A DNA stretch of 64,000 bases from Ignavibacteriota bacterium (GTDB lineage Bacteria > Bacteroidota > Ignavibacteria > Kapaibacteriales > UBA2268): positions 49,895 to 113,894 of the forward strand of contig JAGXGG010000007.1 of NCBI GenBank assembly GCA_024636855.1, in the 5' to 3' direction. Shown here piece after piece: positions 47,709 to 56,020 of the stretch. Within the stretch, counting starts at the first letter, position 1. Each line of letters begins with the position of its first letter. Under the pieces are notes generated by a model. That model made no database searches. It was given only the letters and a program-made list of their open reading frames with translations, and was not told where the DNA came from. Both the position numbers and the translations under genes were made by a program.

Positions 47709-48337
47709 TTCAAATCTCCTGCTGATAAATATCCATCATTCCGGACAATTTTTTCTATTTCAATCGCCTTGCTAACTGATGGCTTTATAAGCTCTAGATG
47801 TTCTTTTAGGTAAGCCAATCTTTCATTCTCTGTATTCATCTCTAACAAATATTGCTTTTGCTTTCCAATTAACCCGGCTTTTTGGGCAAAGTAATAACTT
47901 GCTAATCGTCCAGTTAAATCTTCTTTAGTAATTTGCTGCATCCTGAAAACAGGTATTTTGTTTGTGATATAGTTGAATAACTCCACACATTCGTCGAATA
48001 GTTTTTCGTTAATTGGTTCTTCTGTATCAGAGATTATCTCTATTTCTCCTTCCAAATACAGCCGCTGCCCTTCTTCATAACTATGCAATTTGAACTTATC
48101 ACATCCGATAACACTCAGATCAATTTTTCCATCAGGATATTTTGTGAAAATGTCAATAATTTTAGCTGTACACCCATATTCAGCTATATTATCACCATTA
48201 GTAAATATGACACCAAATTTTGATTTATTTTCAATACAGTCATTCATTAGATTCTTATACTTATCTTCAAATATATGAAGAGGATATATAGACTCTGGGA
48301 AAAGCACTAAGTTAAGTGGAAAAAGTCCTATTTTCAT
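47705..48337 (-). CDS. LON substrate-binding (Lon N-terminal, PUA-like) domain protein
   Basis: IGLFPLNLVLFPESIYPLHIFEDKYKNLM is the Lon-N signature. 4-nt overlap with folP. Confidence 0.75.
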   Translation of the reverse strand: MKIGLFPLNLVLFPESIYPLHIFEDKYKNLMNDCIENKSKFGVIFTNGDNIAEYGCTAKIIDIFTKYPDGKIDLSVIGCDKFKLHSYEEGQRLYLEGEIEIISDTEEPINEKLFDECVELFNYITNKIPVFRMQQITKEDLTGRLASYYFAQKAGLIGKQKQYLLEMNTENERLAYLKEHLELIKPSVSKAIEIEKIVRNDGYLSAGDLK

Positions 48338-48398
48338 TGGTTAGGTATTCTGTTTTATTATTTAATTCTAAAATAAGAATATAATTTTATTTATTTCA

Positions 48399-48493
48399 GG
48401 ATTGTGGGAATGTCGGGGTGTAAAGATTTAAAGCTCGTAGGGTTAATAGCTATTACATTAATTATTTAAACACCCCGTCCTGCTCCGCAATCC
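48399..48493. repeat. imperfect GC-rich inverted repeat
   Basis: GGATTGTGGGAATGTCGGGGTGT (48399-48421) pairs with ACACCCCGTCCTGCTCCGCAATCC (48470-48493). A second hairpin CCCTCTTT...AAAGAGGG follows at 48496-48521. Confidence 0.6.
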
Positions 48494-48550
48494 ACCCCTC
48501 TTTTGCTTAGCTTAAAGAGGGTAATATCAAATTCAGGTTTTTATAAATAC

Positions 48551-48847
48551 TCAAATAATATCAGAATCTAAATTCCACTTTATTAAGTTATTGTGGTATG
48601 TTTTTAAAACTAAAAGTATTCCTAGGTCATTAGCTTCCTTCTTGTTAAAATTGTAGACTCCTCTTATTATATAAAAATCTAATTCATCTTCAACCTTAAT
48701 CTCAATTTTATCTTGGGGTAAATTTAAAACATATTCTCGATATTTTTCAATAGGGCTTTTCCCTTTCTCAGAACTCATTAGGCTAAAACTAGTTACGCTA
48801 ACTAACAAGACTAAGAGTGTAGATTTTATAATTGTCTTTTTACTCAT
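48551..48847 (-). CDS. hypothetical secreted protein (98 aa)
   Basis: N-terminal signal peptide; no motif recognised. Confidence 0.4.
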   Translation of the reverse strand: MSKKTIIKSTLLVLLVSVTSFSLMSSEKGKSPIEKYREYVLNLPQDKIEIKVEDELDFYIIRGVYNFNKKEANDLGILLVLKTYHNNLIKWNLDSDII

Positions 48848-48881
48848 ATTTTCTGATTTCCCAATTCGATTATCATATTAT

Positions 48882-49433
48882 TCACTCTATATTTGAGCTA
48901 AGAGTCTCTTGTAGAAATTCAATTTTCTTCGTTTCAGTCCAAATATCAGTGTACACCAAAAAATTTAATATGTAATCATCGATGCCAGCATATAGGTACA
49001 CATTATCTATCTGATTATCATCCTTATACTTCCATATTTGATATTCTAATTCTGAGTTTTCTACTAGTATTTTGGTCTTATAATTGTTCTCTTCTCTATA
49101 CTCTCTATCCCACCTAGTAAAAGTCTTAATAGTTTCATAATTTTTTTGTGAAGATTTGTAAAATGAATAAGACTTTTTAGGCATTTTAGCTATGGCTATT
49201 ATTACCCCTTCTGAATTCTGATAATATTGTTGTCCACTACTTTTCTCATAATTCAAGGTTTGCCATACTCCTGGAATTAGCACAACTCCATTTGGTGAAT
49301 CAAATATTGTTGTGGTATTGTTAGCAGTTAGTGAAAGTTCCTTGTCCTTATTATTAGTTGGTTTGGTTGAGGAACAACTTACAAGTGTTAATATACAAGC
49401 TATTAAAATTATTATCTTTGTCATTTTTATCAT
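48882..49433 (-). CDS. hypothetical lipoprotein (183 aa)
   Basis: Lipobox LVSC; no motif recognised. Confidence 0.45.
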   Translation of the reverse strand: MIKMTKIIILIACILTLVSCSSTKPTNNKDKELSLTANNTTTIFDSPNGVVLIPGVWQTLNYEKSSGQQYYQNSEGVIIAIAKMPKKSYSFYKSSQKNYETIKTFTRWDREYREENNYKTKILVENSELEYQIWKYKDDNQIDNVYLYAGIDDYILNFLVYTDIWTETKKIEFLQETLSSNIE

Positions 49434-49597
49434 CTCTATAATTTTTTTCTTTTTCTAAACTACGAAATAAAAAGGTATTCTGAAATTTATCTCCCTTGCC
49501 CCTTCATCCATTTTACCAACTAGCAATAATTAACTTTATCTTTACATAAGTTTAATTATATTTGTATTATTATATTCAAACTATTAAAGGATAAAAA

Positions 49598-50596
49598 ATG
49601 AAAAAAATTACAATTTCCTTACTGGCTCTATTGGCTCTAGTAATCATGTCTTGTGGCGAAGAAGGGCCCAAAGCACCTGAAGCAGGTGAGTTAACTACAT
49701 ATACTGATGATGCAACTAAGTTCTCAATAGATTATCCAAACAATTGGGATGACAACAAAGTTGTTGGTAAACAATTCCAAGCTTTCTCTATGCCCGAAGG
49801 TAAAGTAAGATTTACTACTTTTGATACTAAAGGTTCTCCTGTGGCAAGAGTTACCCTTACTGTTATGCTATTGGATTCTGGACAGACTTTACAAAAGGCA
49901 ATAGACACAAGTAAAGTATTTACACCTGAATACTATTCAGCACCGGTAGATGTAAAAGTAGATGGTACTACTGGTAAGAAGTTAACTTATGGCTTCCCAC
50001 TTACTGATGGTGAGTTCAATGGTGAGTTGATCGTAGCAACTAAAGATAATAAGTTAGCACATATCATCAAATTCGAGGCGTTTGCTGGAACTATCGAACA
50101 ATACAGAGCTTCATTTGACAAAATATTAAGTTCAGTTAAATTGGGTGTTGTTCCTGAACAAAGTGTTACTGTAGGTGAAGCTGAGGAACTGCCTGGACCA
50201 TCTACTACTATGAAAACAGTGAAAGGAAATGGTTATTCTATTTCTATTCCTGATAATTTCGAAGCAATTCAAAAAGGTGCTGCTACTATGTATGCTGGCG
50301 AGAGAAGAGGCGATTCATACGTTTCAGTTACTCCTAGTGCTACTAAATCTAAGAATCTGAAAGGTACTGCTGAGAAAAATGCAAAAGCTGTTGGTTCAGA
50401 TAAGATTACTAAAATGAAAATTGGTGGACATGAAGCATATATGATTTCATACGATGCTACTGCTAAAATCCACAGAGACATATATTATGTAATCAACAAC
50501 GGAATGTTATACCAAATTGTTGTTGATTATTTCAAAGATGAAGCTGATCTTTATAAGTCTGTATTGAGCAAATCAGCTTCGAGTCTAAAATTCTAA
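49598..50596 (+). CDS. hypothetical lipoprotein with two PsbP/DcrB-like repeats
   Basis: Lipobox IMSC. Repeated F/Y-S-I-x-x-P-x-N-(W/F) segments (KFSIDYPNNW, YSISIPDNF). AAGGA SD. Confidence 0.45.
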   Translation: MKKITISLLALLALVIMSCGEEGPKAPEAGELTTYTDDATKFSIDYPNNWDDNKVVGKQFQAFSMPEGKVRFTTFDTKGSPVARVTLTVMLLDSGQTLQKAIDTSKVFTPEYYSAPVDVKVDGTTGKKLTYGFPLTDGEFNGELIVATKDNKLAHIIKFEAFAGTIEQYRASFDKILSSVKLGVVPEQSVTVGEAEELPGPSTTMKTVKGNGYSISIPDNFEAIQKGAATMYAGERRGDSYVSVTPSATKSKNLKGTAEKNAKAVGSDKITKMKIGGHEAYMISYDATAKIHRDIYYVINNGMLYQIVVDYFKDEADLYKSVLSKSASSLKF

Positions 50597-50624
50597 ACTT
50601 ATTTAGAATAAATATCGTATTAGA

Positions 50625-50658
50625 GCAGAGGGTTGGTTTCAATCCTCTGCTTTTTTTT
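50625..50658 (+). terminator. rho-independent terminator
   Basis: Stem GCAGAGGGTT / AATCCTCTGC (one G:U pair) followed by T8. Confidence 0.7.
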
Positions 50659-50754
50659 ATAGTATTGATAAATTCCACAAAAAAATGGAATTCAAAATAT
50701 TTACTTTAAATTGCAATTAATTCGAAAGACAATACCCATATTAATCTAGAAAGA

Positions 50755-52278
50755 ATGAAAAATCTGTTAGAACTCAACGCTTGGCAATCCCTAAACGAAC
50801 ATTTCTTTAATATCAAACATCTAAAGATGAAGGATATGTTCCAGTATGATGATGGAAGAGCCGATAAATACACCTATGAATTGAATAATATATATTTCGA
50901 TTTGAGTAAAAATAGAATTAACTTCGATACATTTTCTTATTTCGTTGACTTATCCAAATCGCTAAAGTTTCATAATAGAATCCCTGAGCTATTCAATGGT
51001 GAGAAGGTTAATAATACGGAAGACAGAGCAGCTCTGCATACTGCACTTCGTGCTTATGAGAATATTCAATTTGAAGAAATTGCAGATGAAAGAACTACTT
51101 TTTTGAAAAGGGCTGAGGAAATAATCGCTGATGTGAATGTAAAGCATATCGTACAATTTGGTATTGGAGGGTCGTATATTGGTCCTAAAATGGTTAATGA
51201 AGCACTTAGTGAGTTTTCAAACAAACTATTTACAATTGATTATATAGCAAACACAGATAATACAGATTTTGAAAAAGTATTTAATAAAATAGATATAGAA
51301 AAGACTATATTCATAGTAGCATCTAAATCATTAAGCACTTCTGAAACACAATACAATTTGAGCAAAGTACTAAGTAGATTAGGGCTTTCGGAACCAAACG
51401 AAAAATTCATATGTTTAACCGCTAGACGAGAGCGAGCATTAGAATTAGGGTTTTCTTCTGAGAATATACTAACTTTTTGTGATTCGACAGGTGGTAGATA
51501 CTCATTATGGTCTTCTATTGGATTCACGATTGCTCTGAATATTGGAGTAAAGAACTTCGAAGAACTACTAAAAGGGGCTGAAATTGCCGACAAACACTTT
51601 GCTGAAACTGAGGATTATTTTCAAAACATACCATTTTTGTTGGCGTTTATTAACGTATGGTATCGCAATTTCTTCGATCTAAGAACCAAAGCTAATATCC
51701 CTTACTCAGATGCTTTGAAATTCTTACCAGAATATTTGCAACAACTAGAAATGGAAAGTTTGGGTAAGATAATAGATAAGCAAGGGAACAAAGTTAATTA
51801 CGCGACAGGCGGCACTATATTCGGTAATATAGGTACTAATTGCCAGCATTCATTCTTCCAAATGCTACATCAAGGTATAGATATCATTCCCGTAGATTTT
51901 ATCGCAATTGCTGATTCTGATACTAGATTGCTTGCTAATTGTTTTGCTCAATCGCGAGCTCTGATGATGGGTCAAGAACTATCTGAAGTAGCTGAAGACG
52001 AAATTACTGGCTATAATACTCACAAATTCTTTCCAGGAAATATTCCATCCAATACTTTTTTATTTGATAAATTAACTCCATCTACTTTGGGCACGTTCTT
52101 AGCATTGCAAGAGCATAAAGTATTTGTAGAAGCAGTGATTTGGAATATTAATCCATTTGACCAATTTGGAGTTGAATTAGGCAAGACAATTGCGAAGGAT
52201 ATAGAAGCAAGTATAATAGCTAAAGATAATCACTTTGATAGCTCGACTAATAATCTGATAAATAGAATAAAACACTAA
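50755..52278 (+). CDS. pgi: glucose-6-phosphate isomerase
   Basis: Motifs FGIGGSYIGP, VASKSLSTSET, GGRYSLWSSIG, QQLEMESLGK. Confidence 0.9.
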   Translation: MKNLLELNAWQSLNEHFFNIKHLKMKDMFQYDDGRADKYTYELNNIYFDLSKNRINFDTFSYFVDLSKSLKFHNRIPELFNGEKVNNTEDRAALHTALRAYENIQFEEIADERTTFLKRAEEIIADVNVKHIVQFGIGGSYIGPKMVNEALSEFSNKLFTIDYIANTDNTDFEKVFNKIDIEKTIFIVASKSLSTSETQYNLSKVLSRLGLSEPNEKFICLTARRERALELGFSSENILTFCDSTGGRYSLWSSIGFTIALNIGVKNFEELLKGAEIADKHFAETEDYFQNIPFLLAFINVWYRNFFDLRTKANIPYSDALKFLPEYLQQLEMESLGKIIDKQGNKVNYATGGTIFGNIGTNCQHSFFQMLHQGIDIIPVDFIAIADSDTRLLANCFAQSRALMMGQELSEVAEDEITGYNTHKFFPGNIPSNTFLFDKLTPSTLGTFLALQEHKVFVEAVIWNINPFDQFGVELGKTIAKDIEASIIAKDNHFDSSTNNLINRIKH

Positions 52279-52395
52279 TTTATTTTACTAATATTCTATT
52301 CTGATTACATCAAAAAAATCAATTAGGTGATGGTTTCTATACATGTTTATTTCAAAAAACTTTCCCATTGCTAAAAATAATAGTTAATTTATACT

Positions 52396-54078
52396 ATGAA
52401 ATTACTGACGACTCTAATTTTATTATATATATTGGCAACTGGATGTGCAAATATACAAAGTCCCCCCGGTGGGGCTGGTGATACTTTAGCTCCTAATGTA
52501 GAATATACCGAACCTCTGGATAGAACTATCAACTTCAGTGATGATGAAGTTACTATCGGTTTCGATGAGTATATGAATAGAAGTAAAGTACTGGAAAATC
52601 TACGTATAACTCCTGAAGTTAAAATGGAGTTTGATTGGTCTGCTACAGATCTACATATTAAATTCAACGAAACACTTCAACCTAACACTACTTATGCAAT
52701 AAACATAGGCACTGAGTACACCGACTATTATAATAATGCACCGAAAAAAGGATTTAGCATGATATTTTCCACTGGCGAAAAGCTAGATAGTGGAAGTATT
52801 TCTGGTTTACTTTCTGCAACTGATACAAAAGGCAAGTACGTATTTCTGTATAAGGAAAAAGATAGTGAATACCCTGATTTGGCTAAATCTGAACCTGATT
52901 ATTTTGTCAATACGGGTAGTTCGGGTGAGTTCAAATTTGTAGCGCTAAAGCCGGGTAATTATAGATTATTAGCTATAGATGATAAATTTCAAAATCGAAT
53001 ATATGATGATCAAGTAGATAGCTATGGTACGGCGCTGAATGATATAACTCTCACCGAAGATAGCTTAGAAGTTAATGGGATTAATATACACATAGGCGCA
53101 AAGTCTGATTATCGTGGACCACAACTAATTAGTGCCAGCTCACAGTATGCAGGTTTAGCAAACTTACTATTCGATGAGAATTTGGATAGAAAAACTATAG
53201 TCAAAGATAATTTCAAACTAACTTCTGCTAATGATGAAGTACCTATATTAGCAATAGGTACGAATGTAAAGACAAGTTCAGAGTTACTACTGATTTTCGA
53301 CTCTAGCAATGCTGGAAAGGAATTAGAAGTTAGAGTGATTAATGTTGCAGATTCGACAGGTAATATAGTCCAAGATACTGCTTCTAGCTTCAAATTCGTT
53401 GTAGATAGTACTTACAACAGGGCAGAGTTTAATATTAGCTCTACTAACCTTAATGATAGTACTCAGAAAAATGTGAGTCCATTTTTCAATATTATCACAG
53501 AAAAGCCAGTATTTAGAGTAAAATTCAGTAAAATCCCTGATTTTAATACTCTAGAAAATAGTGCATATTTAGAATCGGATGGGGAGAAAACTGAGTTATC
53601 TTTATCAAGCGATAATCTATTAGATTTCTCTTTTAAATCTGAAAACCCTTTAAAAGAAAATGCAGAATATACTCTTGTTTTCGATACAAAGAATATTGTA
53701 GATATTTGGGGACAAAAATTAGTCAAAGACACAGTTTACAGAACTAAGTTCAAAACTAATTTTGCACCAAAGTACTCGAAGATAGGGGGAGATGTAACTG
53801 CTACTAAGGGTTGCAATGGCAAGATAGTAATCAGAGCAACTAATACGAATGACAATAGTAAATACAAAACTACAGCTATTGATGGCAAATGGAGCCTTGA
53901 GAAAGTAACTGCTGGGAGTTATGTGTTTGAAGTATTTTGTGATGATAATAGTAATAGCGAATACGATTTTGGGAAAGTAATTCCTTTCGAATATAGAGAA
54001 AAGTATTCTAAAAGTAAGCCATATACTGTAAATGAGAATTGGGAATACAACGAGATAAAACTAATATTAGATGAATAA
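52396..54078 (+). CDS. lipoprotein with N-terminal SbsA/Big_5-type Ig-like domains
   Basis: Lipobox LATGC. DTLAPNVEYTEPLDRTINFSDDEVTIGFDEYMNRSKV is typical of this Ig-like family. Confidence 0.55.
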   Translation: MKLLTTLILLYILATGCANIQSPPGGAGDTLAPNVEYTEPLDRTINFSDDEVTIGFDEYMNRSKVLENLRITPEVKMEFDWSATDLHIKFNETLQPNTTYAINIGTEYTDYYNNAPKKGFSMIFSTGEKLDSGSISGLLSATDTKGKYVFLYKEKDSEYPDLAKSEPDYFVNTGSSGEFKFVALKPGNYRLLAIDDKFQNRIYDDQVDSYGTALNDITLTEDSLEVNGINIHIGAKSDYRGPQLISASSQYAGLANLLFDENLDRKTIVKDNFKLTSANDEVPILAIGTNVKTSSELLLIFDSSNAGKELEVRVINVADSTGNIVQDTASSFKFVVDSTYNRAEFNISSTNLNDSTQKNVSPFFNIITEKPVFRVKFSKIPDFNTLENSAYLESDGEKTELSLSSDNLLDFSFKSENPLKENAEYTLVFDTKNIVDIWGQKLVKDTVYRTKFKTNFAPKYSKIGGDVTATKGCNGKIVIRATNTNDNSKYKTTAIDGKWSLEKVTAGSYVFEVFCDDNSNSEYDFGKVIPFEYREKYSKSKPYTVNENWEYNEIKLILDE

Positions 54079-56020
54079 ACTAACTCCATATATTATATTA
54101 ATATTGTCGGTGCAAACGCTATTTGCATCGAATATAATGTATTTGGAGCCAGTAAATGTTAGTGTTTTGAATACAAAGAGTGACGAATTTGCTCCTTCAT
54201 GGAATAATTATACTTCCACTCTTTACTACACGAGTAAAATAGATGGAACCGAAAAACTTTATACTTCCGATAAAAATGCTGATGGATTTTTTCAAGAAGG
54301 AAAATACCTAGATGCTCCCATTAATACTATCCACCAGAATATAAGCTATATTAATTTTATTTCTGAAGATAAAGCATATTTTAGCTCTTTCCTGCAATCA
54401 AATGCTCAGCCGAGATTACAGTTATTTTATTCTAACTACAAGAAAAAAGCGTGGTCAGAAGGATTTCCAATTGAAGAATTTGCAAGTGATAATTTCGTAG
54501 GACAGAGTAGTGTATCCCCCGATAAAAATCAGACCGTATTTACTGTTCAAAGTAAAGATGGCGATTTAGACTTGATGGTCAGCTATAGGCTGGAAGATGG
54601 TACTTGGAGAGAACCAATAGCTATAGAGATAATGAATAGTATCCGCGATGAGATTACACCTCATTTCGCATCTGATGATACACTTTACTTTGCAAGTAAT
54701 GGGCAAGGTGGACCTGGTGGTTTTGATATTTACTTCTCTGTAAAGTCAGAAGGAATGTGGCAAAGACCTAGTCCTCTATATGAGTTGAACACAGAGTATG
54801 ATGAATCTGATGTTTGTACTTTACCTAATGGTGATATACTATTTGCTAGTAATCGTCCAGGTGGAAAAGGTGGGTTGGATATATGGTTAGCAAGTACAAG
54901 TAATTTGTCTACTGCATTTAGATCAGAAAAAAAATTAGATATAAACTTACAAAGCTATATAACGAATATAATAGTTAACAATAACTACGAATACACTAAC
55001 CTACCTGTGAGCAGTGTGTTTTTCCTAGATGATAGTACTATGGAATTGCAACCAAAGCTATTCGAATATAAATCAATAGTTGATTTACAGAAAGTAAGTA
55101 CTATTGATGAATCTTATGCTAATAGTCTAAACTACATAGGGCATAAATTAGCTAGAGTAAAGAACGCAAAGTTGAAGATAAAGGCACATTACCCAGGTAT
55201 GCTCGAAATTGATACGACTTCAAAGAGAAATTCCAAGTACTATGCAGATTTGAATATCAAGAAGATTTACGATTATCTAACTATGGAATTCAATATACCA
55301 CCCTCACAAATAGTGATAGAATATGAGTTCTTCCAAGATGGAAATAGAAAACCTTCTATCTCACTCTCCTCTAATGAGCCAGAGATATTCTCACAAATGG
55401 AGATAAGAAAAGATAAAATAGAGGTAGAACAGAAATTATTACCAATAGATGTCCGAATAGAGCCAGCTGAAAATTTAAGCAACTGGTTAGCTGTACTGAA
55501 CCTAGCTGGCGAAGAAACTATAGTTTATGAAAATAAAATTGTCAAAGACAGATTCACAATAGATTTGGTTAAGTACAAACATCAACTTTTTGAATCTGAT
55601 TATATGAATGTATTTATCAAGGCTTATAGCTATGACGGAGATAGCACAGTTCAGGTAATACCACACAGCATAGAACATCATTTCTCTAAAAAGCCAAAGC
55701 TTGTAGTAGAGGGTAGCCAATACTATGATTATAACTATATAATAGCTGGTAATGAACTGGATATAGAGAGCAACAATTATGTTTCTACTTTAGAAAAAAT
55801 ATATAGCTCAATCTCTATGTGTAAGACAGTAGAGATAAGCTATAATAAAAGAAAAAAGTTTGCTGAATCACTCAGAGATAAACTACAATCCAAAATAGTT
55901 AATAACCAGCTGAAAGTAACTATAATAAAAAGCGATAAACGAACGAGTGACATTCAACTAAATGAGAATCTGATAATAATCAAAGTTGAGAAATTTCCGT
56001 CTCGATCATCTAATAATTGA
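54071..56020 (+). CDS. secreted PD40/TolB-like beta-propeller repeat protein with a degenerate OmpA-like C-terminal region
   Basis: Repeated blades: DEFAPSWNNYTSTLYYTS, DEITPHFASDDTLYFASNGQGGPGGFDIYFS, DESDVCTLPNGDILFASNRPGGKGGLDIWLA. 8-nt overlap with the upstream gene. Confidence 0.55.
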   Translation: MNKLTPYIILILSVQTLFASNIMYLEPVNVSVLNTKSDEFAPSWNNYTSTLYYTSKIDGTEKLYTSDKNADGFFQEGKYLDAPINTIHQNISYINFISEDKAYFSSFLQSNAQPRLQLFYSNYKKKAWSEGFPIEEFASDNFVGQSSVSPDKNQTVFTVQSKDGDLDLMVSYRLEDGTWREPIAIEIMNSIRDEITPHFASDDTLYFASNGQGGPGGFDIYFSVKSEGMWQRPSPLYELNTEYDESDVCTLPNGDILFASNRPGGKGGLDIWLASTSNLSTAFRSEKKLDINLQSYITNIIVNNNYEYTNLPVSSVFFLDDSTMELQPKLFEYKSIVDLQKVSTIDESYANSLNYIGHKLARVKNAKLKIKAHYPGMLEIDTTSKRNSKYYADLNIKKIYDYLTMEFNIPPSQIVIEYEFFQDGNRKPSISLSSNEPEIFSQMEIRKDKIEVEQKLLPIDVRIEPAENLSNWLAVLNLAGEETIVYENKIVKDRFTIDLVKYKHQLFESDYMNVFIKAYSYDGDSTVQVIPHSIEHHFSKKPKLVVEGSQYYDYNYIIAGNELDIESNNYVSTLEKIYSSISMCKTVEISYNKRKKFAESLRDKLQSKIVNNQLKVTIIKSDKRTSDIQLNENLIIIKVEKFPSRSSNN

